Origin: Macrostomum lignano
Lineage: Eukaryota
Direction of reading: 5' to 3'
DNA: 64,000 nt
NCBI GenBank assembly: GCA_002269645.1
Contig: NIVC01000398.1
Span: 1 to 64,000 of the forward strand
Position 1 is the first letter of the stretch. The number at the start of each line of letters is the position of its first letter. The notes beneath the pieces were generated by a model. That model saw only the letters and a program-made list of their open reading frames with translations, had not been told where the DNA came from and did not search any database. The translations under genes were made by a program, and so were the position numbers. Of this stretch, positions 34,431 through 46,448 are shown piece by piece.

Positions 34431-34474
34431 CTGTGGAGGATAGATAGAATGAATGTTTGTGTGTGGCATGGAGC

Positions 34475-34501
34475 ACAGACAGACAGACAGACAGATAGAT
34501 G

Positions 34502-34541
<40 letters not shown>

Positions 34542-34554
34542 CACACATAGATAA

Positions 34555-34591
<37 letters not shown>

Positions 34592-34592
34592 C

Positions 34593-34668
<76 letters not shown>
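34475..34668. repeat. (GATA)n microsatellite
   Basis: Direct reading. Confidence 0.97.
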
Positions 34669-35024
34669 TCATCGCAGTCAGCAGTTTTTCAAGGTAAAAG
34701 CGAAACTTAGTGAGTTTATTTGAGACCACTGTGTACTTTTATCTGTTATCTGTTAAGCACATGCGGGTTCGCCCTCTCTGTCTTATAAGCGTACTCACCT
34801 GTACTTCTTAGCGATCCGCTTTAAACTGGCTTCAATTTTATCCAATTTCACGTCTAAGATAGAAGTCCGACTGCAATGTAGAAAAAAGTCGTAAAATTCT
34901 GCTACATTCTTTTAGAACATCAGGAAATTGTCAAAAACATTACATAGTGAGTGTTCTGGCGCACTTTTTTAGCGAAAATTATTTTTGTGCTTTCAAATCC
35001 ATTACAGATTTCATTATCAAGGTA

Positions 35025-35420
35025 TTAATTCCTAATTAGAGATCCAGTTATTCAAGGTATGAATCCCTAATTAGAGATCCCATTATTCAAGTTATTAATC
35101 CCTAATTAGAGATCCCATCAACAAAGTATGAATCCCTAATTAGAGATCCCATCAACAAAGTATGAATCCCTAATTAGAGATCCCATCATCAAAGTATGAA
35201 TCTCTAATTAGAGATCCCATCATCAAAGTATGAATCTCTAATTAGAGATCCCATCATCAAAGTATGAATCCCTAATTAGAGATCCCATCATCAAAGTATG
35301 AATCCCTAATTAGAGATCCCATCAACAAAGTATGAATCCCTAATTAGAGATCCCATCATCAAAGTATGAATCCCTAATTAGAGATCCCATCATCAAAGTA
35401 TGAATCTCTAATTAGATATC
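35025..35420. repeat. 34-bp minisatellite (AATCCCTAATTAGAGATCCCATCATCAAAGTATG)n
   Basis: Tandem periodicity. Confidence 0.95.
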
Positions 35421-35489
35421 CAACAAGGTCATGTGAAGCGACTGTGAAGCGAAAATCACCAAAAAGTACATCCCCTGAGTACTGCTCAC

Positions 35490-35662
35490 CCTTCGCGCAG
35501 TGCAAAGCAGATTTGATCAGCGTCCAGCATTACTTTCGCATTAAACTGGTTAGCAGCGGCACCAGCAGAGTCGCTATCTCTATTGCGACTAAAGCCAGCT
35601 GCACTGGAATCAGCGCCTCTGGCATTGTTGGTGGCTGCGCGAACATCTTGACGGAACAATCT
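35490..35662 (-). CDS. VPS13: VPS13-like exon 4
   Basis: RLFRQDVRAA...FNAKVMLDADQICFALRE. CGCAG| to |GTGAGC, phases 0/2. Confidence 0.8.
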
Positions 35663-35747
35663 CTGCGATATAGATATAGTGTATAGCACATAAATGGTTA
35701 GAAAAATCACACTAAATTTTATTTCTTGTAAAATAAAAAACACTTAC

Positions 35748-35930
35748 ATTAAGTCTATCAACTTGGCCAGTAAGCAAGTCGTATTGTTTACTAGTCATGT
35801 CGAATTTGAAACCGCGAATAAAAATTTTTAGTACCGCTCTTGGTTGGGCGTTTGTTTCTATTAGACTGACGTTCAGACTGATTGATAGAGGCTGAAGCAC
35901 TGCAATGTAGCGTTTGGTGACCAGTTTTCG
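35748..35930 (-). CDS. VPS13: VPS13-like exon 3
   Basis: RKLVTKRYIAVLQPLSISLNVSL...FKFDMTSKQYDLL. AACAG| to |GTAAGT, phases 0/0. Confidence 0.85.
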
Positions 35931-35949
35931 CTGTTAGTTGGGAGCGAGA

Positions 35950-36415
35950 GTACATTGAGGTAAGGGTGTTGGGGGCTAAACTGGAGTGAGTGTACGTTGG
36001 GGCAGGGGATTGAAGCCTAGAGGGGAGTGAGTGTACATTGGGGCAGGGGGTTGGGGCCTTGATAAGAGCGAGTGTACATTGGGGCAGGTGGTTGGGGCCT
36101 AGACGGGAGTGAGTGCACATTGTGAAAGGGGGTTGGGGCCTAGACTGGAGTGAGTGTACATTAGGGCAGGGGATTGAAGCCTAGACGGGAGTGGGAGTGA
36201 GTGTACATTGGGGCAGGGGATTGGGGCCTAGACTCGAGTGAGTGTATATTGGGGCAGGGGGTTGGGGCCTAGACTGGAGTGAGATTACATTGGGGCAGGG
36301 GGTTGGGGCCTAGACTGGAGTGAGATTACATTGGGGCAGGGGGTTGGGGCCTAGACTGGAGTGAGATTACATTGGGGCAGGGGGTTGGGGCCTAGACGGG
36401 AGTGAGTGTACATTA
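35950..36415. repeat. 41-bp G-rich minisatellite (GGGGCAGGGGGTTGGGGCCTAGACTGGAGTGAGTGTACATT)n
   Basis: Tandem periodicity. Confidence 0.9.
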
Positions 36416-36769
36416 AAGTTTTTGAAAGGGATACAAATCGCGAATAATTTATTTACCGTGATGAAATTTCAAACTGTGACCGGTAAATACTTCCGACATT
36501 GCTGCTTTAATATCGTCCTGAAATACAATTAGAAATATTTCCTTTTCCGTTAAGTAAATTCAGTCTTTCTAGAACATAAAAGTAAAAAATACAAAACTAA
36601 ACAACTGACATGCTGACTTTGCTGGCTCAGCGGAGGCGACAAGTGCATTGTCAATGAGTGCAATTCGACCGACTGGAATGAATGGTTTTGAAAATTGAAA
36701 TTTACGAGCTGTCATTCGAAGTTACAAATTATTGGCAATACATTAATGGCGAAAAGCTCCACTACACCT

Positions 36770-38215
36770 TATCTGTAAGCTCCACTCTCCCTCATCTGTA
36801 TTCTGTAAGCTCCACTCTCCCTTATCTGTAAGCTCCACTCTCCCTCATCTGTAAGCTGAACTCTCCCTTATCTGCAAGCTCCATTCTCAATAATCTGTAA
36901 GCTCCACTCTCCCTTATCTGTAAGCTCCACTCTCCCTTATCTGTAAGCTCCACTCTCCCTTATCTGTAAGCTCCACTCTCCCTTATCTGTAAGCTCCACT
37001 CTCCCTTATCTGTAAGCTCCACTCTCCCTTATCTGTAAGCTCCACTCTCCCTTATCTGTAAGCTAAACTCTACTTTATCTGTAAGCTCCACTCTCCCTTA
37101 TCTGTAAGCTCCACTCTCCCTCATCTGTAAGCTGAACTCTCCTTATCTGTAAGCTCCACTCTCCCTCATCTGTAAGCTGAACTCTCCTTTATCTGTAAGC
37201 TCCACTCTCCCTCATCTGTAAGCTAAACTCTCCCTTATCTGTAAGCTCCACTCTCCCTTATCTGCAAGCTCCATTCTCAATTATCTGTAAGCTCCACTCT
37301 CCCTTATCTGTAAGCTCCACTCTCCCTCATCTGTAAGCTGAACTCTCCCTTATCTGCAAGCTCCATTCTCAATAATCTGTAAGCTCCACTCTCCCTTATC
37401 TGTAAGCTGAACTCTCCCTTATCTGTAAGCTCCACTCTCCCTCATCTGTAAGCTCCACTCTCCCTTATTTGTAAGCTCCACTCTCCCTTATCTGTAAGCT
37501 CCACTCTCCCTCATCTGTAAGCTGAACTCTCCCTTATCTGTAAGCTCCACTCTCCCTTATCTGTAAGCTCCACTCTCCCTCATCTGTAAGCTGAACTCTC
37601 CCTTATCTGCAAGCTCCATTCTCAATAATCTGTAAGCTCCACTCTCCCTTATCTGTAAGCTGAACTCTCCCTTATCTGTAAGCTCCACTCTCCCTCATCT
37701 GTAAGCTCCACTCTCCCTTATTTGTAAGCTCCACTCTCCCTCATCTGTAAGCTGAACTCTCCCTTATCTGTAAGCTCCACTCTCCCTTATCTGTAAGCTC
37801 CACTCTCCCTTATCTGTAAGCTCCACTCTCCCTCATCTGTAAGCTGAACTCTCCCTTATCTGCAAGCTCCACTCTCCCTTATCTGTAAGCTCCACTCTCC
37901 CTCATCTGTAAGCTGAACTCTCCCTTATCTGTAAGCTCCACTCTCCCTCATCTGTAAGCTCCACTCTCCCTTATTTGTAAGCTCCACTCTCCCTCATCTG
38001 TAAGCTGAACTCTCCCTTATCTGTAAGCTCCACTCTCCCTTATCTGTAAGCTCCACTCTCCCTTATCTGTAAGCTCCACTCTCCCTCATCTGTAAGCTGA
38101 ACTCTCCCTTATCTGCAAGCTCCATTCTCAATAATCTGTAAGCTCCACTCTCCCTTACCCTGGTATCTGTAAGCTCCACTCTCCCTTATTTGTAAGCTCC
38201 ACTCTCTTTAACCTG
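36770..38215. repeat. 23-bp minisatellite (ATCTGTAAGCTCCACTCTCCCTT)n, about 60 copies
   Basis: Tandem periodicity. Confidence 0.97.
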
Positions 38216-38275
38216 CAAGCCTCATCATTCCTTAACTATTAAAACGCCCATATACACGAACAAGCAGATATTTAC

Positions 38276-38778
38276 CCTTTGATCTCCGTGGAAAAGCAGC
38301 TTCTCAAACGCCACACCAGCTAATAACGGTTTGGATTCGTCAGACTTGTCTTCATAGCAAACATGCAACTGGTGCACCTCAATGCATTTTATTAGCTCTG
38401 GCATTTTCTGAAGCCAAGACAACCAATTTTGAGGCTTTTGTTGCTGTTGCGAACTCTCCGATTCATCAGATTTGACAGGCAATACTGCAGAGTGAGGCAA
38501 TTTCGATATTGAAGACTCTCGACGCCTAACTAATAGGTGAACATCCCGCATGACTAACTCCAGTCCTTGTCCGGGAAACAGCCGATTCTTTGAGCCAAAC
38601 CAGCTGACTGCATAGTTCAAAATTAGCTTGCCGGTGGCTTGAAAACTCTTCCTATTGAGTTCGATACTTCCAATATTGTAGTGGACTAAATCAAGTCCCG
38701 GTGCCACTTGGGCCAGTCTCTGGCGGACATCCTGATTTGCCTGATCAGCATTGGATAAGTTGAGCAGCAGGAATTTAC
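38276..38778 (-). CDS. VPS13: VPS13-like exon 2 (Chorein_N-like)
   Basis: KFLLLNLS..LAQVAPGLDLVHYNIGSIEL..LELVMRDVHLLVRR..QNWLSWLQ. Acceptor CCCAG|, donor AGG|GTAAAT. Confidence 0.85.
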
Positions 38779-41484
38779 CTGGGTTTTGGTGGACCGAAGC
38801 AACGGGTGAAAAAAATTGTTGAAAATAGTTGACTTTGATCTTTAATTTAAATGATTCACTTTTAGAGTTTATAGAGTGCATCATTTTGCATTAACTTTAA
38901 ATTTGGCATCTAAATCCTTAACAACCCAAAATATCAAATTTAAACCATGTTTTTTTCAAGTTAAATGCTATTTCATTCAATTTACATATTTTTATAGTGT
39001 GGAAGGCCTTCTTACATGAAATACTAACTTTCTATGAAATTTAAAATCTGTACATATTTTCTAGACAATTTTGTAGTATAAATACAAGTAAATACCCATT
39101 TTGGACTGAACCTTGTAATCCTTTCAACTAGAAAACAAATTTATTAGTGAGTTTCAAGTAAATATTGAGAATTGTATCAAAATTAGTTAATTTTTAATAA
39201 TTAAGGAGCATGTACTGAATATACTACTAATAAGTAGACTACCTAAATCAGAAATACATAAATAATACCAGAGACTGTGACCCTCTAATCTCAGTAATGC
39301 CTAGGACAAATATTTTTATTTTAAGAAAAGTCTTTTTTATAGTGTATTTTTAAGGGAAAGTAAATATATTCATCCATTTAGTCTCTAAATAATCCATAAA
39401 AATATAAGTGTGGCATGTGTTTAGTTTTATTTATTATATTAAACTAATTCAAATTGAAATTAATGTAAATAAAGAAAACAGTTAATAAAATATGACAAGG
39501 TATTGCCTTGTTTCTTATAAAGTTCTTCTATACATGGTAGGAGTATACTTCTCTATTTAAATCTCAAATGCTATCACCAATGTTGAATAGGGATATAGTT
39601 CTATCTTATTAAATCCTATTGTCAAGTAACTAAATTTGTAATAGTGCTCACTTAATCTTAGCTACAGTCACCAAGCTTATGCTAGTGATAAGCTTCTGAT
39701 ATACTTTTAGTACTATTCTTTGTACTGATAGTATATCATATAAAACTGGTAGCATATGTGTTCTTTTGGCCTAAGCAGTCTTATGGCACTGTACTTTGTT
39801 TTATCTTATGTATTATGGTTGTCTCCTATTTAGGTTTTTCTCTCAGTCCAGGTGTTACTAGGATCAGAGGGTAATGGCTTACACTCTAGGTTTATTGCAC
39901 TGAAGTGAATTCTTAGATTCTATGTCTGGATATTCTTACCCTTTGGTAGATCTTCTGCCTTCTAAGGCAATTTTCTAGATTCTTAATCTAGAGGTCTTAT
40001 TCTATAAGAATGGAGTGAGTTCTCTCAATGTTAGGGCTTTCAATGTAATTTTTATATAGAATCTTAAAAAAAAGCAAAAAAAATTTCTCAAAAAAATTAA
40101 TAAAACAAACACAATCAAAAAGGAAAGCTAATATTTATTGTCTAATAGCATTGTAACAAAATCTCTCATTTTATGTTATATATGTTCTATATTATGTTAT
40201 ATGGGCAAAAAACACTGGCAATATTAATACAGTTGCTGTGCAAATAATGAGTGCCTATATATTTATAAGGTATTTTTGTACTAGAATTTTTTATAGACAA
40301 ATTTAAATTAACACTTGAAAAATAGTTATCTTATAATATTATAAGTTAAAACTAACAAAAGGTAACTGTGCAGGCATGATTTACATGTGTTTATAGCTTA
40401 GCAGTTGTTAGGCCTACTACTATTATTTATGCAAAATACAAGGGAAGGCCAAGGGGTATTTCAAAAAAGCAAGAATTAGACATTTGCTTTCAAAATGATA
40501 GATTATAGTCAAATATAAGTGGACTATAATAGCTGTGTATTATAGTATAACACCTATATTTATTTTAGTTACTATGTAAATAACAATAGTACTATTTACA
40601 CAGTGTCAGGCAAAAGATAGACAATAATAAACCTTCATTAAAAAAATAAATAATAAAACAAGGCAAAGCACAAAGATCTTTAGTCATTTAGAATGTTACT
40701 TTTATAAAACTTTTTCCTACTCTGAAATAAAAATAAAAACTTGGTATATTGATACTTTTATTGCAACTAACCCCTTTTAATTTTAAAGCAATATTTTTTA
40801 ATAATTAAAATACTACACTTAGAGACACGGCAACCATGTCTTTAATGCAAAAACTTATAGACACTGCAGCCATGTCTCTAAGTTTCCGCATTATAGGCAT
40901 GGCCACTGTGTCTAAAAGTATAGACCTAGTCACTATTAGAGACATGGCCACCATGTCAATAAAACTTGCATGGCAGCTGTATTGTTAATATTGAATGGGT
41001 ATGGGTTCACACTTAGAGACATAGTGGGTGGCCGTGTCGTTAATATTGAATGGGTTCACACTTATAGACATGGTGGGTGGCTGTGTCTCTAATATTGGAG
41101 CTTATAGGCACAGCTGCCATTGCCATGTATATAATCATTAATGGGATAAAAAGATCAATTGATTGAAAAGTCAGTTTTTTTATTTTTAAATTTTTAAAAA
41201 TTAGATCAAATTATTTCTTAATGAGTAACACAAAATCATTTTAAAGTGCAGCCGCAATTATATATGTAGCTACTGAAAATAAATTTTTTGATACATATTA
41301 GCCCACTTTAAGATTTAGTGTTACTCTTAGAAAAAACTAGCAATCTTCGCCCCCCGTTGGGGGACATCTGTATAGAACCTCTGTTCTCTACAAGTCACAA
41401 AAAGATAGCCAAAAAAGACCTTCACAAAGAAAACAGACAAAATACTCAAAGGAAGTGCAATGCAAAAAAAAATCATCCCAAGAC

Positions 41485-41660
41485 AGCAAGCATCCCCCAG
41501 ATAGCAAGCATCCTCCAGATTGCAAGCAACCCCCGGATAGCAAGCATCCCCCAGATAGCAAGCATCCCCCAGATAGCAAGCATCCCCCAGATAGCAAGCA
41601 TCCCCCAGATAGCAAGCATCCCCTACATAGATAGCATCCCCAAATAGCAAGCATCCACCA
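41485..41660. repeat. 18-bp minisatellite (CCCCAGATAGCAAGCATC)n
   Basis: Tandem periodicity. Confidence 0.9.
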
Positions 41661-41749
41661 GACAATAAGTAGCTAGTGCGACAATTTCCTTAGCATTATA
41701 GTGGCTCCTTTAAAATTTGCTTACTTTTATGTTTGAAATTGTGTAAATT

Positions 41750-42370
41750 TTATGTTTGACATGGTGGCTGTTTTATGTTCTACATGGCAACTGTTTTATG
41801 TTTGAAACGATGGCTTTTTAATGTCAGACATGGTGGCTCTTTTATGTTTTACATGGTGGCTCTTTTATGTTTGACATGGTGCCTCTTTAATGTTCGACAA
41901 AGTGGCTATTTAATGTTTCAAAAGGTGGCTTTTAAATGTTTGACATGGTGGCTCCTAAATGTTTGACATGGTGGCTCTTTAATGTTTGACATAAAGACAC
42001 ATATATAATTGACATGGTGGCTCTTAAATGTTTGACATGGTGGCTCTTTAATGTTTTTCATGGTATAGCTCTTTTATGTTCGACATGGTGGCTCTTTTAG
42101 GTTTGACATGGTGGGTTTTTTAGGTTTGACATGGTGGCTCTTAAATGTTTGACATGGTGGCTCTTAAATGTTTGACATGGTGGCTCTTTAATGTTTTACA
42201 TGGTGGCTCTTAAATGTTTGACATGGTGGCTCTTAAATGTTTGACATGGTAGCTCTTTAATATTCTACATTGTGGCTCTTAAGTGTTCGAAATGGTGGAT
42301 CTTTTAGGTTTGACATGATGGCTGTTTAATATTCAACATAGTGGCTCTTTAATATTCTACATGGTGGCAA
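41750..42370. repeat. 23-bp minisatellite (GACATGGTGGCTCTTAAATGTTT)n
   Basis: Tandem periodicity. Confidence 0.9.
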
Positions 42371-42447
42371 GTTGAAATTCTACATTAAAAAGTTCGAGTT
42401 GAAAAAAATTCTGTTTGCTCAAAAAATTCAAATTAAAAAAAAACTAT

Positions 42448-42515
42448 GACCACTTGGGATTCAAACCTAGCTACTCGCAATCACAAGGCAATCAACATAC
42501 CCACAAAGCCACCAC
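42448..42515 (-). pseudogene. Decayed tRNA-like sequence or tRNA-derived SINE head (His-like GTG loop)
   Basis: The minus strand reads GTGGTGGCTTTGTGG (A-box-like), then TGCCTTGTGAT, then GGTTTGAATCCC (B-box-like), followed by T-runs. The stems are poorly paired. Confidence 0.4.
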
Positions 42516-42741
42516 TTGCTTAAAAGAAAGGCCCTACAGAACACGCATTTTATATTGATGATTATAGCTATGCCTATAAGCTCAAATATTATAGACACGG
42601 CCGCTGTGCCTATAAGTACTCCATAATTAAAACGGACTAACTCTTGCAACAAAAATTATCAAAGGAATTCTTTATTTTAAAATCTAAGCACAGTTCCTTG
42701 AATATATCTAAAACATAAAAGAATAAAACATGAAAACTTAC

Positions 42742-42823
42742 CCTCTCGTAACAATGCTCGAAATGAAAAATGCTGTTGAATATAATATAATATTCCAACA
42801 AAGAACCTTAAAAATCGAGTCAT
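42742..42823 (-). CDS. VPS13: VPS13-like exon 1 (MTRFLRFFVGILYYIQQHFSFRALLRE-G)
   Basis: ATG at 42823 and donor G|GTAAGT (phase 1) matching exon 2. Its length fits the missing start of a Chorein_N domain. Confidence 0.6.
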
Positions 42824-43682
42824 CCTAATGGATCAAAATAGCTAACTGTGATTTACTGTCTGTTAGGTCATTAACATAAAGTGGCAAAAGCTTAGGCCTA
42901 ACTTAAAGGAGTATCTAGCTAATTAGCTCAAGCTTAGTGCTAATATGATCTGAGTAACTGAGTGATCATGATTAGCTAGGATAAGCGATATCGCCGATGG
43001 GGCCTACCAGTATACCACTACCACCACGAAAAGTTTTCGAGATACCGAGCAATACAACTGATCGAATGCACAAATACAGACACTGCTGAATTGGAACGAT
43101 TATATAAGGATGTAAAAATTTAGCACACGAAGGCTTTCATTCGCCACAGAATTTAAAGGCAAATAGTCCGCTCCACAGCGATATCTGATAATTAATTACG
43201 TTCTTGGAAAAGAACACTCTCAAAATAGACCACTTTTTTCACAATAAAACAAAGCACAGAATAAACAGCAATATTTCCTGATCTCTAAAATGTACGAAAC
43301 AAAGATACTTGTTTGTATTGCAAATAAAACCGATAAAAGTTATATTCATTTTTAAAGATACAATTATTTCAGCTTAATAGATTCATATTCTTTTCAGTTT
43401 CATTGATTGATTTCATTTTCAATTTATTTTCTACTTAATTTCAATGGTCTCCTTAATGCAATATCACGTCAATTCTCTCAATTTCGCTATGTGAAAATTG
43501 CGCCTAAGCTTCATACATGTACATGTACATGTATTCAAACCCAAAATAAGCTGAGATCGCGTTTTTTATGAGATAGCATTTTCAGATTGCGTTGCCAGAT
43601 AGTCTTTCATATATTCGAATACCCCTAGCTCATGATCATGCAATCACGTCAAAGCTGGAGCTGCAATGGGTGGGAGCATGAG

Positions 43683-43998
43683 CAGGGGCGACGAACCGGT
43701 GCAAGGGGACAGGGGGGACATGCCAATGCTATGTCCCCCGCACCTCGCCTTGTTGACGGCCGTTATGGAAATCAATAATTTTGCTTCAGGGCGACAGAAC
43801 AGCGCCTGCAGCAACCAAAATGAGTGTCTGTGGTGCTAAAATGGTGCCTGCGGCACCAAAATGATCGATGACAACACCGACGCAATTCGGAAATTAATAT
43901 AAACATGTATAGTAGGAATTTATAGTCATGAACATGTACCATGTAGAATTCTCGGCTTTGTCCCCCCACCACCATAAATCCATGGCGACGCACCGCTG
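43683..43998 (+). mobile_element. hAT-like MITE (316 bp) with an 8-bp TSD AGCAT(G/A)AG
   Basis: CAGGGGCGACG...GGCGACGCACCGCTG imperfect TIRs, flanked by AGCATGAG and AGCATAAG. Confidence 0.75.
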
Positions 43999-44015
43999 AG
44001 CATAAGAATTCCCCG

Positions 44016-45086
44016 CAGACGAATTGCCCACCGAGGTTTACCCAGACAGGAGATTTGCCCGCCGAGCTTTTCGCGCAAGAGATTTGCCCGCCGAGCTTTT
44101 CCCGAAAGAGATTTGCTTTCCGAGCTTTCCCGCAGGGGATTTGCCCGACGAGCTTTTCCTGCAGGAAATTTGCTCGCCGCTTTTCCCGCAGGAAATTTGC
44201 CCGCCGAGCTTTTCCCCCAGGGGATTGCCCACCGAGATCGATTTTCCCGCTAAGATTTGCTCCCTGAGATCGATTTGCTCGCCGAGCTTTTCCCGCAGGA
44301 AATTTGCTCACCGAGCTTTTCCCGCAGGGGATTTGCCCGCCGAGATCGATTTGCCCGCCGAGCTTTTCCCACAGGGGATTTGCCCGCCGAGATCGATTTG
44401 CCCGCCGAGCTTTTCCCGCAGGGGATTTGCCCGCCGAGCTTTTCCTGCAGGGGTTTTGCCCGCCGAGCTTTTCCCGCAGGGGATTTGCCCGCCGAGCTTT
44501 TCCTGCAGGGGATTTGCCCGCCGAGCTTTTCCCGCAGGGGATGTGCCCGCCGAGCTTTTCTCGCAGGGGATTTGCCCGCCGAGATTTGCCCGCCGAGATT
44601 TGCCCGCCGAGATCGATTTGCTCGCCAAGATTTGCCCGCCGAGATTTTCCCGTCGAGATTTGCCTGCGAGTGAATTGGCCGCCGAGGTTTGCCCGCAATG
44701 CTTTTTTCCTGCAGCGCATTATTGCCACGCGGCCGATTTTGTCTACATTGCCCACCCCCCGCCCAATGCTATAGTAAGTCTAATAAAAGAGATTAAGGAG
44801 ACAAAGCAACATGTTACACATGTATGCATGAATTAGTAGCTAACCGATGAGCCCCTGCATGTATAATTGATAGAAATGAAAACCTACGAGAAAAAATATG
44901 CATTTGTTATGCAGTTACTATATCGAATGTTTTGATCGGGGTACATGTAAATATATTTTTAACACAATTATTACTATACGCATCGGGGGCATGCAGACAG
45001 AATCTGCCGTGTGCCAAGAAAAAAGCATTGCATTGCGGGTAAACCTCGACCGGCAGGAATTAAAAGCTCGGCGGGCAAATCGTCTG
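44016..45086. mobile_element. TIR element (CAGACGAATTGCCC...GGGCAAATCGTCTG) containing a 29/18-bp tandem array at 44030-44690
   Basis: Inverted ends. The array unit ATTTGCCCGCCGAGCTTTT is the reverse complement of the right end AAAAGCTCGGCGGGCAAAT. No TSD found. Confidence 0.65.
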
Positions 45087-46448
45087 TATGTAGTACAGCT
45101 AGTACATGTACAGTAGGTCAAGAACGATTTACATAATGCATATGTTCGACGTTAATAAGGATCCGGATCTACACCTTTCTCAAATTGAATTTTTTCTCAA
45201 AGCAAAAACCTGCCAAGAGTTCATGGGTTTTAGCCAGCTTGGCAGATACAGTAAAATACAATGTCAATCCTTTGTATTGATTTTCGCCGAAGTAGTTTGA
45301 AACCTATATAGGTATGGAATTATGGATAATGATGTAAAGCTTGACGGTCGTTTCGTCTGCTGCCAGTTCGTCTGTCATTCTTTCGTCTGAAAAAATACGA
45401 TGCAGTCATTCGTCTGCCACACAAAATATTAGACTAAGTATGATGTCAGTACATATAATATTGAAAATAAATATCGGTATATATCTTAAAAACTACTAAT
45501 ACTTTAATAAAAATAACAAATTAATAATTACGCTAGAATTAGCACGAGCGTACGATCTAAAAAATATTATCCCAAGGGACCCGCGTGTAGTATGCACACG
45601 TAATACTAACTTTTTGTTTGTTATATGAATTTTCGAGGCTGAATAATTGTTCATAATAATGCATCATTATTGGATGGGGTCATAAAAATGCTCATAACAG
45701 CCGGCCGATCATATTTAACAGCGAACTCCGTCTCTGCCTTTAATATTCGTAACTGCAGCTTCCATCCGTCCATAAGTTCGTTTTTTCAACGGATTTTTAA
45801 AATTGATACTACGTTTCTTTGAAATATTGCGATAAACAAAATTACGCTTAAAAAACTGACATTTTGCTTTAACTCCATTTGAATGCCTCGCAATATTTGA
45901 TTATGAAAAATAAGTTTTGCTAGCTATGTAACTATACCTTATCTTTTTTTCTCAAAAACTCGTTTTGTCTGCCGGCAGACGAATTGACCCGCTCACCGTA
46001 AATTTCCCACTTCATGTTGTCACTAGTTCTTTAACTGATGGGCTAAATATTAATATTTTTAAATCCAAACTAAATATATCTGTCTAACTATATAGTAGGG
46101 CTTATGGGAGCCTATTATAGTAAGGCCCCTTATTTAGTAAAATTATGGCAAAGGCTAGAGTTCTGGCACCGGAACCAGGGTTTTTTTTTGTGCGCAGAGT
46201 GTGCGTATGCACCCTAAATTTTAAAATCGCACCCTGAAATTAAAAAAGTAGGTGCGGTTTAGGTGCGGTCTTATAACCATTTTTCTTTAAAGGCTTAACC
46301 ATGCTTAAGCTATTTTTTATGCACTGCCTTAAAATATGAAACAAAATAACTCTTTAAATCCTATTAAGTCATATAGGCGATATAGCCTATAGCTATAGCC
46401 TTATGTAAGATATTAAAATATACATTCCCAGTTGTCTGAAATGTGAGC

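Larger units (their letters stand above)
18233..42823 (-). other. VPS13: Gene model: 19-exon VPS13A/C-like bridge-like lipid transfer protein, about 2358 aa
   Basis: All 19 hand-called exons have GT-AG sites with matching phases, and the CDS sum of 7077 nt is divisible by 3. VPS13 motifs appear in order: Chorein_N-like start, VLQPLSISLNV, EISAPRLILP..LYTDLGSLLLSS, WQPLLRP, MTMLQPKLRRLYRRCLPG, FQIKLGRLQVDQ, LDLCYDPAFFVRL, and a PH-like end. Confidence 0.85.

Noticed and set aside
36770-38215. CRISPR-like regular repeats
   Set aside because: The units are directly adjacent with no unique spacers, there are no cas genes, and the context is eukaryotic.
42467-42652. Small hydrophobic membrane-protein ORF
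   Set aside because: It has a non-ATG start, lies in an AT-rich intron and overlaps the tRNA-like relic. The hydrophobicity follows from T-richness.
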